64,000 nucleotides of DNA from Ascoidea asiatica JCM 7603 (taxonomy: Eukaryota > Fungi > Ascomycota), in the NCBI GenBank assembly GCA_001600695.1, contig BCKQ01000021.1, forward strand, positions 1 through 64,000, in the 5' to 3' direction. A model generated the notes under the pieces. It had not been told where the DNA came from and did no database searches. It saw only the letters and a program-made list of their open reading frames with translations. The first letter of the stretch is position 1. Every line of letters begins with the position of its first letter. The position numbers were made by a program, and so were the translations under genes. Shown here piece by piece: positions 23,801-36,000 of the stretch.

Positions 23801-25934
23801 GTAAGTCTAAGAACTTAATATAATTTATCGGGCTATAACCTTCATAAATTGATTTATATGTCAAATTTTTCAAAATTAAACTTATAATATTAATCTTAAC
23901 ATCTTGTGAAATTTTAATTAATCTAATATTATCATTTGAAGATAATTTTGAGAATAATTTGAAAAATGTTGGCAATAATAAATTATTTTTTTCAAATAAA
24001 TCTATAATATCACCAAAATTATTTGAAATTCTTAATAGAGAATTAAAATATTGTAAAAGATCTTGAATTATTGACATATTTAAGAATAAATTATTCAATG
24101 AATTATCTGATAAAGTGAAATTTATAAAATTTATGAAATTTATTAATAAATCATTTGAAATTTTAATTAGATTTTTTTCATTATTTGAATTGAATATTAT
24201 AGAATTATTGATTTTAATTAATTCAGAACCATTTAAATTAATATTTTGAAAGATATTTATAATAATTTTAGCTGAAGTTAAAAAATTTAATAGATAAGGT
24301 AATTTTTCTTCTAAAAATGAATTTTTAAAAGCATCTTTATTTCTGATAGAATTTGATAAATAAGATAAATTAATAAATAAGTGATAAATATAACCATGAT
24401 TAATAAACGCATTAATTAAATCAGGATAATCATTAAGAATTAATGAATTTATATTTTGATTATCAATTAAAGAATTTAAAGATAAAGAAGCTGAAGATTT
24501 TGGAGTTAATAAATCTAAACTTTCAATTGAATTTTCAATTGAATTTTTATTTGAATTATTATTAATTGAATTAGAATTATTTATAATTTTAGTATTAGTT
24601 AAAAAGTTGAAATTTTCAGATAAAATTTGTAAAATATCATATGATAATTTTCTTTCAATATTTGAAACTTTTGTAGTATATGAAAAAAAATTGAATAAAA
24701 TTGATAAAAAACCATTTTGAATTAAAAATTGAAATTTTTCATTAATATTTAAATCTAAAGATAAAAGTAGATTATAAATAATTTTTAGAATTAAGATATT
24801 TTTATCTTTAAATTTTTCAATTGAATTGCTTTTACTTTTATTTGATTTCAAATTTGCATTTGCATTTGCATTTGAGTTTTTTTTGATTGCATTGATTAAA
24901 AAAAGAAATAAATTTTGACGATCTTCATCTTTATCTTCATTTGAATCTTGAAGATTATAAGATGAATCTAGGGAAGAAATTAATTTAAATTTTGAAAATT
25001 TTTTGAAACTTTTAGTGGTTGAATTTATTTTCAAGTTAGAATATTCAAAAGTTTTTAAGAGTAATTGAAATTTTTGATTTTCATTGAAGTAATTATTTGG
25101 TAAAATGAATTGAAATAATAAATTTGGAGAATTTATTAAAAAATTTATAAAAAAATTTAAATTAGATGAATTTGAATTAAAAATTGAATAAATGGAGTAT
25201 AAATTTTGATAAGAATTTAATAAATTATGAAATTTTGAGAATCTTTTTAATGACATATTTAAAATATTACTAAATTTTTTATTATTAAATAAAAGATATA
25301 AGAAATTTTTATTTAAAATGATTTTTTTTTCTAAGAAATTTAAAAAAAAATTGAAAAAGATTTTTGAGAAACTTAAAGATTTTTTATGAGATAATTTGAG
25401 TATATAAATTAAGAAATTATTTTGAATTAAATTATAGATTAAATTATTATAAATTAATGAATTTTCTTTGAATATAGATTTATTTAAGATTTTTTCAATT
25501 GAGAATAAATTATATTTAATAATTTTTAAATTTGAATAATTAAAGAAATTTAATAAATTTTTAAAAAAAATAGAGATTGAAATTGAAGTTGAAATAGAAT
25601 TTGAAGAATCTTCAAAATTTAAGTTTAAGTTATTTATATTATTTTTATTTGAGATATAATCATTTAATAAACATTTTAAAATTTTATCTTTATTTGAATT
25701 ATAATTTAGTTTATCATTTTTATTTAAATTATAAACTTGAAAATAAAATGAAATTATTGAATTTGATAAATTCGTTATTGCAATTTTATAATCATTTATA
25801 TCCACATTATTATATTCATTATCATTATTATTATCATTTTTTTCATTTTTTTCATTTTTGTCATTATTTTCATCACTTTCATTATCAAAATCCGAGTTTA
25901 TTTTCAATCTTTGTAATGAATTACTTTTAATCAT
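20889..25934 (-). CDS. 1681-aa hypothetical ARM/HEAT-repeat-like protein
   Basis: Long uninterrupted Leu/Ile-rich helical ORF; segments such as QFEILKIMFNLTS and CLKFIGNLLY resemble importin-alpha ARM helices. Confidence 0.75.
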   Translation of the reverse strand: MIKSNSLQRLKINSDFDNESDENNDKNEKNEKNDNNNDNEYNNVDINDYKIAITNLSNSIISFYFQVYNLNKNDKLNYNSNKDKILKCLLNDYISNKNNINNLNLNFEDSSNSISTSISISIFFKNLLNFFNYSNLKIIKYNLFSIEKILNKSIFKENSLIYNNLIYNLIQNNFLIYILKLSHKKSLSFSKIFFNFFLNFLEKKIILNKNFLYLLFNNKKFSNILNMSLKRFSKFHNLLNSYQNLYSIYSIFNSNSSNLNFFINFLINSPNLLFQFILPNNYFNENQKFQLLLKTFEYSNLKINSTTKSFKKFSKFKLISSLDSSYNLQDSNEDKDEDRQNLFLFLINAIKKNSNANANANLKSNKSKSNSIEKFKDKNILILKIIYNLLLSLDLNINEKFQFLIQNGFLSILFNFFSYTTKVSNIERKLSYDILQILSENFNFLTNTKIINNSNSINNNSNKNSIENSIESLDLLTPKSSASLSLNSLIDNQNINSLILNDYPDLINAFINHGYIYHLFINLSYLSNSIRNKDAFKNSFLEEKLPYLLNFLTSAKIIINIFQNINLNGSELIKINNSIIFNSNNEKNLIKISNDLLINFINFINFTLSDNSLNNLFLNMSIIQDLLQYFNSLLRISNNFGDIIDLFEKNNLLLPTFFKLFSKLSSNDNIRLIKISQDVKINIISLILKNLTYKSIYEGYSPINYIKFLDLLITYLNSPDLDAKELIDDEVETENILEFSRPLIIDSFENIFSFLNLLLSEKITTNLDKLCLILEKVVIIYSSFYKIEEHNNSSNNGKSENNEIATTAEKNIKMLNNDVQELQTPHKTDFLDIDNNGSELSDSLSSDISILGNIDLNNPGLEQKALETLSRRNLNLDNEKNLKNANSIETFNGTILSNRSTQNILSRTYNDLDSPLKSTLISILTIFSNLSTLDNQKFSDWLIKNDSLISLFLGILMLEQSMIMNSNLMSSNFQYFDPVYEPSIIIQFEILKIMFNLTSSSKISNTVKQEFFLKYRIGPEATIKTNLLNFCIKYLQYYATTIDHKFDNMLSFDYLIQIIIQLVNNFQIIQFFETKSSNSLELSKMLMIINELIIRFCLKKYDISNYQKFSLLCCGLILLSNSMAFNDINMKRKVSEDEILLAFMIRGICNNISDKVNFLESSKDEYNNFETVEYSSRSLIKFSNYTIQSAHNSETETIGKYSFNNLSFYKICLKFIGNLLYNNNLDVTKNFIVKYKLLERLSQVWNLNNEINFTEEECLRILGNILISNSPSELKYGESSNDLQNNFDFVYKKIPSIASFDSRRNLIHCLLFLSITAQSTQNQEIIRLYPTNEVIEGLKIILDNEYNLVSKGEIYFTKNAIKHEEMILNTIILLRRLTSRNKKVPRLSGEALNLGLFINDSMFSALAKILSLPISLEIKALIVNIILDLIDRNEKDQEKTTFLKSFLNSSMFMPLIYNFVEHSKVSNDFEFKLKSDILILFIKFFIILKAQNQDFLKIENKESLVDRTNHLISLNQFVNQILRKESSFTLAIIGSLTTFDQLDKYPFFVISICDFWLLFFSRYGKAAIKTTSSINIICSLLNICLLVYEIEVENCFPKINIMMLDNVKSKFISGNFMGKILVLLDLYLKWSDSSQIKFFITHVKVPIILSSFKNMNENSFLSTNACRLIDDMSNYLKRVNK

Positions 25935-27313
25935 TTGAAGAAAGAAGATGTATTGAAATATTAATTATTGAATATATTTGATTTTTGTTTCTTTTCCTTA
26001 AAGTCTTTTTGAATATGTATATAAATAAAAGATTATATACTTGAATATATATATAGATATATATATATATATATTATTTCTTGGATATAAAACCTGTGAT
26101 ATGGAGTATGAATAAAATTAAATTATACCCAAAAACTAGTTTATTATTAGCCTGAATCGGTAATTGAAATTGATAATAAATGAGATAAAATGTAAGTTAA
26201 AGCAATGAAAATATTTTCAATTCCCATTTGGAATAACTTATTTCATTAATAATTGATTGAATGATTGAATAATTACAATTTCATTGATGAAAATAATACT
26301 TAAATATTCTAATAATTAAATAATAAAAAAAAATCATGAATTGAATTGATCAGTTTTAAATAGTCTAAAATCGGCTATAACCAAAGCTAAAAATCTAAAA
26401 AGCTAAATATTAGAGGCAATGCCAAATTTCCAATTCTTTTTCACACTCCAAAACTTAGAAACTCAGAAACTCAAAAATTCAGCATTAGAACGAAAAGAAA
26501 AAGCATTGAAAAGAATTCCAGAGTTGTTTAAGATTCATTTCCAGCAGCATTTACACCTTCTTTTGTCTTTGATTCTTAGACTTTGTGCAAGTTAGCTCAG
26601 GAAGTGGCAAATTTATTATCTTCTTTTGTTGTTTATCTCCTTCATCTTCTCAGACTTGTTTTCTCGCCCACCGGTACCAGACTCCAGTATTTTATCGCCA
26701 GGCACCGTTATTTGGCACTTTTATATAGAAGCGGAAAGAACAGAGCCGAGAAACGTCCCATAACACTGGTACTCAAGAAACAATAACAAAAAATTTAAGT
26801 TATACGACGCGTCCTGGTGCACCTAAATTATGCATTTCCAAGCGTACTTTTAGTGCTCAGCCACATTTTTTTAAGTTAAAATATCCCAAAATATTCAGTG
26901 AAGATTCAGTTTTACGATTTTTAACGAACAAAATTATCAAGATTCAAAAACACAATCGAACAGAGTGAATTGTTCGCTTTAAACTTCTGATCTATACGAC
27001 AACGCAAAACTAAACTATTCTTTCAATGTTTAAATTTTCGAGATTTCAAAAATGCGTCGCCAGAACTGGGGGTGTTTTTATTGAAATATTTATGTGACTG
27101 ATTTTTCATTTATTTGATGAATTTATAACTACGAATGAGTGAATGAATGAAATATATAAAAAGTTATAATTGATTGAGTTTATTTGATTTAAATGAACAT
27201 TGAATTCAATCATAATTACTTTGATAAATATATTATCAATTATATTCATAAAGTGATCATTTCAATTGGATAAGAAATATCATTCATTTTAATTTCATAA
27301 CACTTAAAGAAAA

Positions 27314-29050
27314 ATGTTGAATTCAAAAATAAAATCCAGTTTAATAACAAATAAGAAAGATATTTATCCATTAATTAAATTAGAAAATGCATTTTTTAAA
27401 GATTATAAAAATAATTCAATTTTCAAAAATCCAATAAATTTAAATATTAATAATAATGAAAAATGGGCAGTGATTGGTTCTGATAAAAATAAATATAATT
27501 TTTTAAAAATTTTATCTTCAAATTACTATTTACCAACATCTGTAAATTCATTAACTTATCCAAATTTATCTTTATTATCAAATAATAATACCAATAATTC
27601 TAAAAACAACAATATTGATTTAGTTTCTTTTAATAATTCTTCAAATTTAAATATAAATAATAAAGCTCATCTTTCTGCAAGATTTGAATTTTTTAAAAAT
27701 GATCAAGATCAATCTTTAATGGATTATATCTTAGGTAATTCTTCAAATAATTTAATAAATTTAAATTATGATAAAGTTGATAATTTATTAAAAAAATTTA
27801 ATCTATTTGATCTTAAAAAAAATTGGATCTTAATGTTATCAAATGGTCAATTAAGAAGAGCAAATTTAATTAAATCTTTTTTAAAAAATCCAAAAATTTT
27901 ATTAATTGATGAACCTTTCTTAGGTTTAGATCATAATTCTAAAATTTTAGTTTCAAATATTTTAAATAATTTATTTCCATTTCCTTTTATAATCCTAGGT
28001 TTAAAATATAATGATTATTTACCAAATTGGATTACAAATATTGCTTTAATTAATAATAATGGTTTAATAAAGACAATTAATTTACCAATTAATGAAAATG
28101 AAAATGCAAAAGAAAATCTTCAAGATATAATCAACAAATATCAAAATTTAGATGATGATTTAAATAATGAAAATTTCTCAAATATAAATTCAACTGATTT
28201 CAATGAAAAATTAAAGACTTTAATTAATAAAATTTTTGATTTAAATAAAATCGAACCTCATAATGAAACTAACAATAAAAATTCAACAATAATTGAATTC
28301 AAAAATTTCAATTTATCTTATTATAATCCAAAATCAATTAATGAAAATAAATATATAAATATTTTTAAAAATTTGAATTTAAAAATAAATAAATCTGAAA
28401 AATGGCAAATTAAAGGTAATAATGGTACAGGTAAATCAACTTTATTATCTTTAATAACTGCTGAACATCCACAATCTTGGAATGAAAATATTTTAATAAA
28501 TAATTTACCAAGAATTGTTGGAAAAGTTAATTATTTTGATATTAATAAAATTATTGGTTTTACATCTCCTGAATTATTTCAAATTATACCAAATGATTTA
28601 AATTTTATTCAAATTTTATCAACTGGTTTCAATGATGTTGGTTTTCATTTAAATAAAAAGTTATTCTCTGTCAAAGATTCTAAAGATACAGAGAAACTTG
28701 AAGAAAGTAAAGAAAGTAAAGAAAATAAAGAAAAATTGGATCTTTTGAACTTTATAATTGATGAATTTAAATTAAATGATAAAAAATTTCTTAAATTTCA
28801 AGATTTAAATTTAAATGATCAAAAATTATTATTATTTTTAAGAAGTTTATTAAAAGCTCCAGAAATTTTGATTTTAGATGAAGCATTTTCTGGTATGGAT
28901 AATATTAGAGTTAATCAATGTAAAAAAATAATTGGAAATTGGCCAAATACTGTATTATCAATAAGTCATATAAAAGAAGAATTACCAATTTGTGAGAAAT
29001 TTATTGAATTAACTGATGATCCATCAACTTTTAAAATTGGTGATTTATGA
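27314..29050 (+). CDS. Soluble twin-domain ABC ATPase, ModF/YDR061W-like
   Basis: LSNGQLRRA signature, LLIDEPFLGLD, GNNGTGKST Walker A, ILDEAFSGMD; no TM domain. Confidence 0.88.
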   Translation: MLNSKIKSSLITNKKDIYPLIKLENAFFKDYKNNSIFKNPINLNINNNEKWAVIGSDKNKYNFLKILSSNYYLPTSVNSLTYPNLSLLSNNNTNNSKNNNIDLVSFNNSSNLNINNKAHLSARFEFFKNDQDQSLMDYILGNSSNNLINLNYDKVDNLLKKFNLFDLKKNWILMLSNGQLRRANLIKSFLKNPKILLIDEPFLGLDHNSKILVSNILNNLFPFPFIILGLKYNDYLPNWITNIALINNNGLIKTINLPINENENAKENLQDIINKYQNLDDDLNNENFSNINSTDFNEKLKTLINKIFDLNKIEPHNETNNKNSTIIEFKNFNLSYYNPKSINENKYINIFKNLNLKINKSEKWQIKGNNGTGKSTLLSLITAEHPQSWNENILINNLPRIVGKVNYFDINKIIGFTSPELFQIIPNDLNFIQILSTGFNDVGFHLNKKLFSVKDSKDTEKLEESKESKENKEKLDLLNFIIDEFKLNDKKFLKFQDLNLNDQKLLLFLRSLLKAPEILILDEAFSGMDNIRVNQCKKIIGNWPNTVLSISHIKEELPICEKFIELTDDPSTFKIGDL

Positions 29051-29125
29051 ATAATAAAAAAAAAAATTAATATAAAAATATTAAAATTATAAAAAATATC
29101 TATATTCAGCAGAAAAGAAAAAGTA

Positions 29126-30134
29126 TTATAAACTCATTAAAATTGATAATATTTTACTTTTATCATATTTAATATATTTACTTGTATGTTTTGTGAAATC
29201 TCCAGAACTATGTTTATCATAAAATCTATTATATAATGGAACAATAAAACTTATTTCATTAATTAAATATTTTTTTAATGAAGGATCAGTAATATTATAA
29301 TTTTTAAAAGTTTTAACTAAATCTTCAAATTCATTATTAAAAGTTTTAAATTTATCTTTTATAATATCTTTATTTTTTGAAGATAAACTACCAGAATTTG
29401 AAGAAGTTGAAGCAGTGATAGTGACATCTAATAAATTTGAAGCTAAATTTTTCCAATTTGTTAAAAATAAATTTAAAAATCTTTTTCTTAGTTTTTCAAA
29501 TCTATCTTTACTTAAAGTGAAATTAATTGAATTTGAATTATTAAAGAATAAAATTGAATTAATTTCAGATCTTTTAATAATTTGTTCAATTAAAGTTAAA
29601 TTTGTAATTAAAAAAAAACCAAGAGTTGAATTTATTAAATTTTTATTTTTTAAAGTTGTTGAATAAATTAATTTTGCTTTAATTTCAAGATTTATCATAA
29701 TTGCATCTATAGAATCAATGAAAAAACAACTTAATAATATTTTATCTTTTGATAAAATTTCATTATCATTATCAATGTCATTAATATTATTATTTGAATT
29801 AATATTTAAATTATCTATAGCTTTTTGATAACTTGAATGATATAAATTGATTGAATTATAAGTTTGTAAGAAAAATGGTTTTTGATTTGAGAACCATGAA
29901 CCAATTGACATATCATTAATAATTTCAAGACATGAATTTTTATAATCAGAAAATTTTCTTAATTTTGACATTAATTCAACAGTAATTTCAGAAACTCCAT
30001 TATCTTTTGGTAAATTTATTAAAGAATTATTTATTTTTAAATCAATATTTTTTAAATAATCTTTAAAAAGATTTTGACTTAAAGATTTTATAATTTGAAA
30101 ATTTTTTGAAATTAAAATTATTGATTCATTATAT

Positions 30135-30174
<40 letters not shown>

Positions 30175-30686
30175 CAGTTATTATATTATAATTATTTAAA
30201 GTTTTAAATAGATTAATTTTACATAAAATTAATTCAAATAATAATAAAGAATGAGTATTGAAATTTGATTTTATAAAATCACTTATATCAATTAAAATAC
30301 TTGAATAATTTGAGAATGGTTTTGTAAAAATATCATTTAAGATTAAATTTATTTGATTATTTGAATTATTTGAATTATTTAAATTTATACTTTGAAATAA
30401 GTTTGAGATTAGTTTATATTCATTATTTAAATGATTAATTAAAATATTTGTATAATTAGTTATACCATTTGAATTTTTTTCATAAAAATTAGTTGTAGTT
30501 GTATTTGTAGTTGAAGTTGTTGAAGAAGATTTTGATAATTTTGTTGAAAGTGATAAAGAATCTAAAGATTTTATAATTAATTGAGATCTATTTAATACAT
30601 ATATGGATATTAATTTATCAAAAGAATTTTTTGAATTTGTATTAAAGAATTGTAAAATTAAATTTAAATTTGTTATAATATTATTA

Positions 30687-30723
<37 letters not shown>

Positions 30724-31213
30724 CCAGATCATTGAGATCATTAAGATCTGTATTTAAATTATCAGTGAAATAAATGATAAGATTATTATTACCATTTGAG
30801 ATTAAATTATTTAAATTATTAACAATTCCAATAAATTGATTTAAATTTGAATTTGAATTAATTTTAAATTTTAAATTTATTGAATTTTTTAAATTTAATA
30901 AATAATTTTTTAAATTATTAATATTATTTAAATTTATTGAATTATCATTAATAATAATTTGATAATTCGAAATTATTTCAGCATAATTATTAATTTTATT
31001 AATTATTAATAAAGAATCATGAACATTTTTTTTATATGAAGTTAAATTATTTGAAGTATTAATTATTGGTTTAATTAAATTTAAAGAATTTAAAGATAAA
31101 TTTGAAATTTTATTTAATGAAGAATTTATTGAATTGATTAGATTATCTGAATTTATAAGATTTTCTTCAAGAACAGTTACATCAGCTTCATCTATATCCA
31201 CCAAAAAAGACAT
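29126..31213 (-). CDS. EXO70: Exocyst subunit Exo70
   Basis: VDIDEADV N-terminus; KDKFKTFNNEFE, PLYNRFYDK, KYIKYD C-terminus. Confidence 0.95.
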
Positions 31214-31589
31214 TCTTTTAATATATTGTAACTAATTTAATTGAATTTGATTGAATTTAATGGATTTTAATAGAATTTAGTCCTTTAAATTGAATTAAAT
31301 TGTATTAAATCCTTTGATTATTTGAATTTTGCCAGTTTTGAGGAGGTTTCGTTTTTATTTGTTTGTTGTCACCAGCGAGAAAAGGAAACCCGGAAAAGTG
31401 GTCTCGGATACAGGTTTGCAGTGTTTTCGCGATTGAAGAAAATGAAAGTGAAATGAAAGAAAGAAATGAATATTTTATTATTTATTGTTTATTTATTGTG
31501 TTGTGCTGATTGTGTTGGATTGTTTGTTGATTAATATATCATTATTGATTGGAATCTAAGAATAGTCTTATAGGTGTTTGTGGTTCAAG

Positions 31590-32228
31590 ATGAGCAAAGT
31601 CAACTCTGTTACTGAAAAGAAAGGTCAGTCTGAAAACCAGTCTCAAAATCAATCGACGACAATAGCTCCAGGTGGAAACACTTCAACATCAACAGAAAAT
31701 AATATCAATGAAGCAGTGATTCCAAGAGATGTTCGATTACTTCAATTAATATTTCATAATCATAAAATCGAATCTTATGAAGATCATGTTCCATTACAAT
31801 TAATGGATTTTGCTTATAGATATACAACAAGTGTTTTAAAAGATGCAGTTTTTTACAATGATCATTCAACTGCAAAACCTTCGAATATTACAACTGCAGG
31901 TAATACAGGTTCAAAACAACCATTAAGCGTAGATGATATAAGATTAGCAATAGCTGCCAGAACCAATTATCAATTTAAACCAGTTCCTCCAAAGGAATTA
32001 CTTTTACAAATTGCAAGTGAAAAAAATTCAAAACCTTTACCTCCTGTTATTCCAAGTTGGGGTTTAAGATTACCTCCTGAGAAATATTGTTTAACAGGTA
32101 AAGATTTAGAATTATCTGAAGAATTACTAAATGATAGTGATATGGAAGACGAGGAAGAAGAAAACAACAAGGACATCAAAGACAACAAAAACATGGAAGA
32201 TGAAGACAACGATGTTGAAATGACCTGA
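31590..32228 (+). CDS. TAF9: TFIID/SAGA subunit Taf9
   Basis: PRDVRLL, VPLQLMDFAYRYT, GLRLPPEKYCLT; first ATG at 31590. Confidence 0.95.
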   Translation: MSKVNSVTEKKGQSENQSQNQSTTIAPGGNTSTSTENNINEAVIPRDVRLLQLIFHNHKIESYEDHVPLQLMDFAYRYTTSVLKDAVFYNDHSTAKPSNITTAGNTGSKQPLSVDDIRLAIAARTNYQFKPVPPKELLLQIASEKNSKPLPPVIPSWGLRLPPEKYCLTGKDLELSEELLNDSDMEDEEEENNKDIKDNKNMEDEDNDVEMT

Positions 32229-32531
32229 TCATTCACTCTTTCCTCTTGCTCTTCCTCTTGCTCTTGCTTTTGTTTCTGTCTTTTTCTATCACGAATCTCT
32301 TTCTTTTCCTTTTCTTATCTATTTCTCTTTTCTTATGTACATTACCTTCTCCTTCTCATTTTCCTTTTTTATAATTTATAGCTGATTTCAATTTCAATCA
32401 AATTTCATTTTTGCTGATAAGTTACACAAACACATTACAAAATTAATCGATTCTGTAATTAAGTTATTAAGTAACGGTAATATCTGCTTTATACATATGT
32501 CAGTAACTTGATTTTTTATTGTTGTATTTTA

Positions 32532-32604
32532 GGTTTGTTGGTCAAGTGGTTACGACGCTTCGTTTACACCGAAGAGATCGCGAGTTCGAACCTCGCACGA
32601 ATCA
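32532..32604 (+). tRNA. tRNA-Val (anticodon TAC)
   Basis: Cloverleaf: acceptor GGTTTGT/ACGAATC, anticodon arm CTTCG-TTTACAC-CGAAG, T arm GCGAG-TTCGAAC-CTCGC; followed by a T-run terminator. Confidence 0.95.
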
Positions 32605-33070
32605 TTTCTTTTTGTTATTTTTTATAAATTGTTATTCAATAATTCTAAATGAAGTGTGTATATGCACCACGATTTCAATTCAGCGTTCTCTAACATAAAA
32701 TAGAATCTACATTACTATTTATTTAAGAAAAAAAAGATATGCCTGATTTATAATTCTATTAAAAAATGACTTATATATATATATATATATATATGAGATT
32801 CTAATAAATTTAAATAAATAAAGCAATAAAATCTAAAATTTGAAAAAGAAGCTTGAGAATATTAGAGAAAAAAAAAAAATAATAACTTGTAATTTGAAAC
32901 TTGTGATTGGTAACTGGTAACTGGTAGCTTGAAAAAATTAAAAAATGTTGAAAATCCTAAATCCTGGAAAACTAAAACCCCCTAAGAAATTAAGAAATAA
33001 ATTAAGAAAGAAGATTAAGAAAGAAAAAAAAAATATAAAAATGAAGTAAATAAAATTGTTCAAAGATAAT

Positions 33071-36000
33071 TTAAAAATTTGGTAATGGCATCCTTGGATC
33101 AATTTTTTCTGAAGATTTTACTTTTTCAATAATTTCATCTTTTGAATTTTCATTAGAATTCGAATTTGAATTTGAGTTAGAATTAGAATTAGAATTAGAA
33201 TTAGAATTAAAATTAGAATTGGAATTGGAACTAGATTTAGTGTTAAAATCTTTACTTCCAGTATTGGTATTATTTATAGATTTAATTTTTGCTTTATTAT
33301 GAACTCCAGTAATTGTTGGACTTTCATTATGAATTACAAATGATGACGTTGATATTAATGAATTACTATCAACATCATTATCTCTACCATTATTGAAACT
33401 TCTTTGTGGTTTATTAAATCCAAATGGATGCCATAATCTATCTCCTGAAACTCCAATTCTATCTGATGATAATCCTGATGATGATCTCATTAAATCTGTT
33501 ATATCAACACTTTCATCATCATTATTCATTAATAAACTTGAACTTCTTTCAAGATTAAGATTATTTATACTAAAATTTAATGAACTATATGATTCACTTC
33601 TTTCTGATAATAATAATGGTGCCATTTCAACACTATTATTATTATGTATTGTTGATGTTGATGACATTGATTCACCTAAAGCTTCATCTTCTGGAAGATC
33701 TAATAATGAACTATCTGCTCTTAATTGTGGTGTTAATAAATCAATATTTTCTGGTGTTGGCGGTATAATAACCGCTGATGGTATAAATTGTTCAGTAACT
33801 GGACTTCTAATATCAAAATTCATTTTTTTTGAGTTATTCTTCCAATTTTTATTACCATTACCATTACCATTATTACTATTACTATTACTATATACATATG
33901 AATTTTCTAATTGTTCATCTAATGAAAATGATCCTAAAATTGAATCAATATCCTTTGGTCTATTAATTTCTATTGAAGGTTTCAGTGATGATCCAATTGA
34001 TGGTCTTCTTCCTTGATTATCTACTGTAAGAAACATTGAAGATCCTGATGATGAATTTTTTCTATTACCTTTATAAAGATCACTATTATTATTATCAAGA
34101 TCAAAACTTAATTTTGAAGAACTTGGAGAAAAACTCATTTTTGCTCTTCTAACTTCTGGTGAAACTGCTCTTGCAATACTTTGAGGTAAATGTGGACTTA
34201 CTCCTCTAAATACAAATCCAGATGCAACATCATCATCTAAATCATCATTAGAAAGACTTGGTTCCATTGGTGGAATTTCTATAGACATGTTAACATTTTT
34301 TTTTGATCTTCCTCTTGTAGTAGTTGGATCATCTCCACGTGTTTTAAGAGTTCTTAATCTTTTCTTAATCCTTTCTTCTTCAAGAACTTCATCATAACTT
34401 GGAGGTAAATTATCTTCCAATTGATTTGTCATTGAAATTGCCATATCAAATGGCGGAGGATTAATTGAAGGTTTAATTAGTGTTCCAGAACGACTTTTAG
34501 TTTGAGCTACAATTGGAGGAATTAATAAATGACTTGTCATAGAAGACAATAATCCACGATTTATATTATTGTTATTATTATTAGATGTGGGAGAAGATAT
34601 ATTATTAAATTCAGATGAAGGCGTTTGTAGTGGTTGAAATTTTTGATTAAATGTCGATGAAGGAATTTGTCTTGGTGAAAGTAAACCAGACATTCTAGGT
34701 GATGATAATGCATTTAATTGAGGTGATAAAGCTTGAAGTCTTGGTGATAATGCTTGAAGTCTTGGTGATAATGCTTGAAGTCTTGGTGATAATGCTCTTA
34801 TAGTTGGTGATAAAGCTTGAAAATTCGGGGAAATTAAACCAGAAGCTCTCAGAGTATTTGGGTCTAAAGTAGATGTTATACTTATTGAAGGTTGTAAAGG
34901 TGGTGAAGAAAGATTATTCTGAGGATTTAAAGGTTGAGCTTGTGGTGAATATAATTCAACATTCATTTTTTGAGGTTTATATAAATTTGATTCAATCATA
35001 TTACTTGTAACCTCAGATCCACCAAATTCTTTATCAAGTTGAGAATAATTATGAGAATGATCTTTATCAACTTCTAAATTAAAATCTTCATCCGTTATTA
35101 AATCATTTTTTGTTTGTAATGAGGAATCTTCTAAAGCATCTTTTATATTTATTGAAGTATTATCTAAAGATTGAGGAACATTGATATTACCATTTACAGA
35201 AGGATCTGTTGGATCTCTTAAAATTTCTGGAGGAAAAATTGGAACATTATTTGGATTTTCAAGCATAGTCATATTACCATATTCATCATAACCCATTAAA
35301 GTTGATGCACCAATTCCATCATAAGCAGGTAATAAAGTATTAGCTTGAGTACATAATGGATGAAGTACATGAATTGGAGAATCAATAGAAATTTCAAAAT
35401 GTTTTCTTGATTTTTTTGGTTTTGATTTCTCTGGTTTGTCATTTGAATTTGTAGTTCCACTTCTATTTCTTGAAGAATTTTGATTTGAATTATTTGAATT
35501 TATTGAAGCACTAGTATTATTACGAGCTCTACCTATTATTGAATTATTTGAGGAACCTCCAGTATGATTTGGATTCAATGTATTTAAGGCGGTTAAAGAA
35601 AGTGAAGAATGACTACCATTATCACCATTTGAATTTAAATTTGAATTATCACTTGAATTTTCATTTGCATTTTCATTTTCAGTTTTTTTTTCTTTTTCTT
35701 TTTCTTTATCTATTTCTTCATTTTTTTTTGAAAGCCTTATACAAATTTTTAACCAATGATGACATTGAATATTAGTATATTCAGTATCTGGATGAAATCT
35801 TCCACCCATTTTTCCAACCATTTCAGGAACAAATAATTGATAGGTAAAATCTTTTGAAGAAATATATTCATCATCTTCATCTTCATCTTTCTTTTTATCT
35901 TTATCTTTATCTTTATTATCATTTTTAGAATTTTTAATACTTGGAATTAAATTTGAAGAATTTGAACCATTTAACAGAAACCCAGGTAAATGATGAGATA

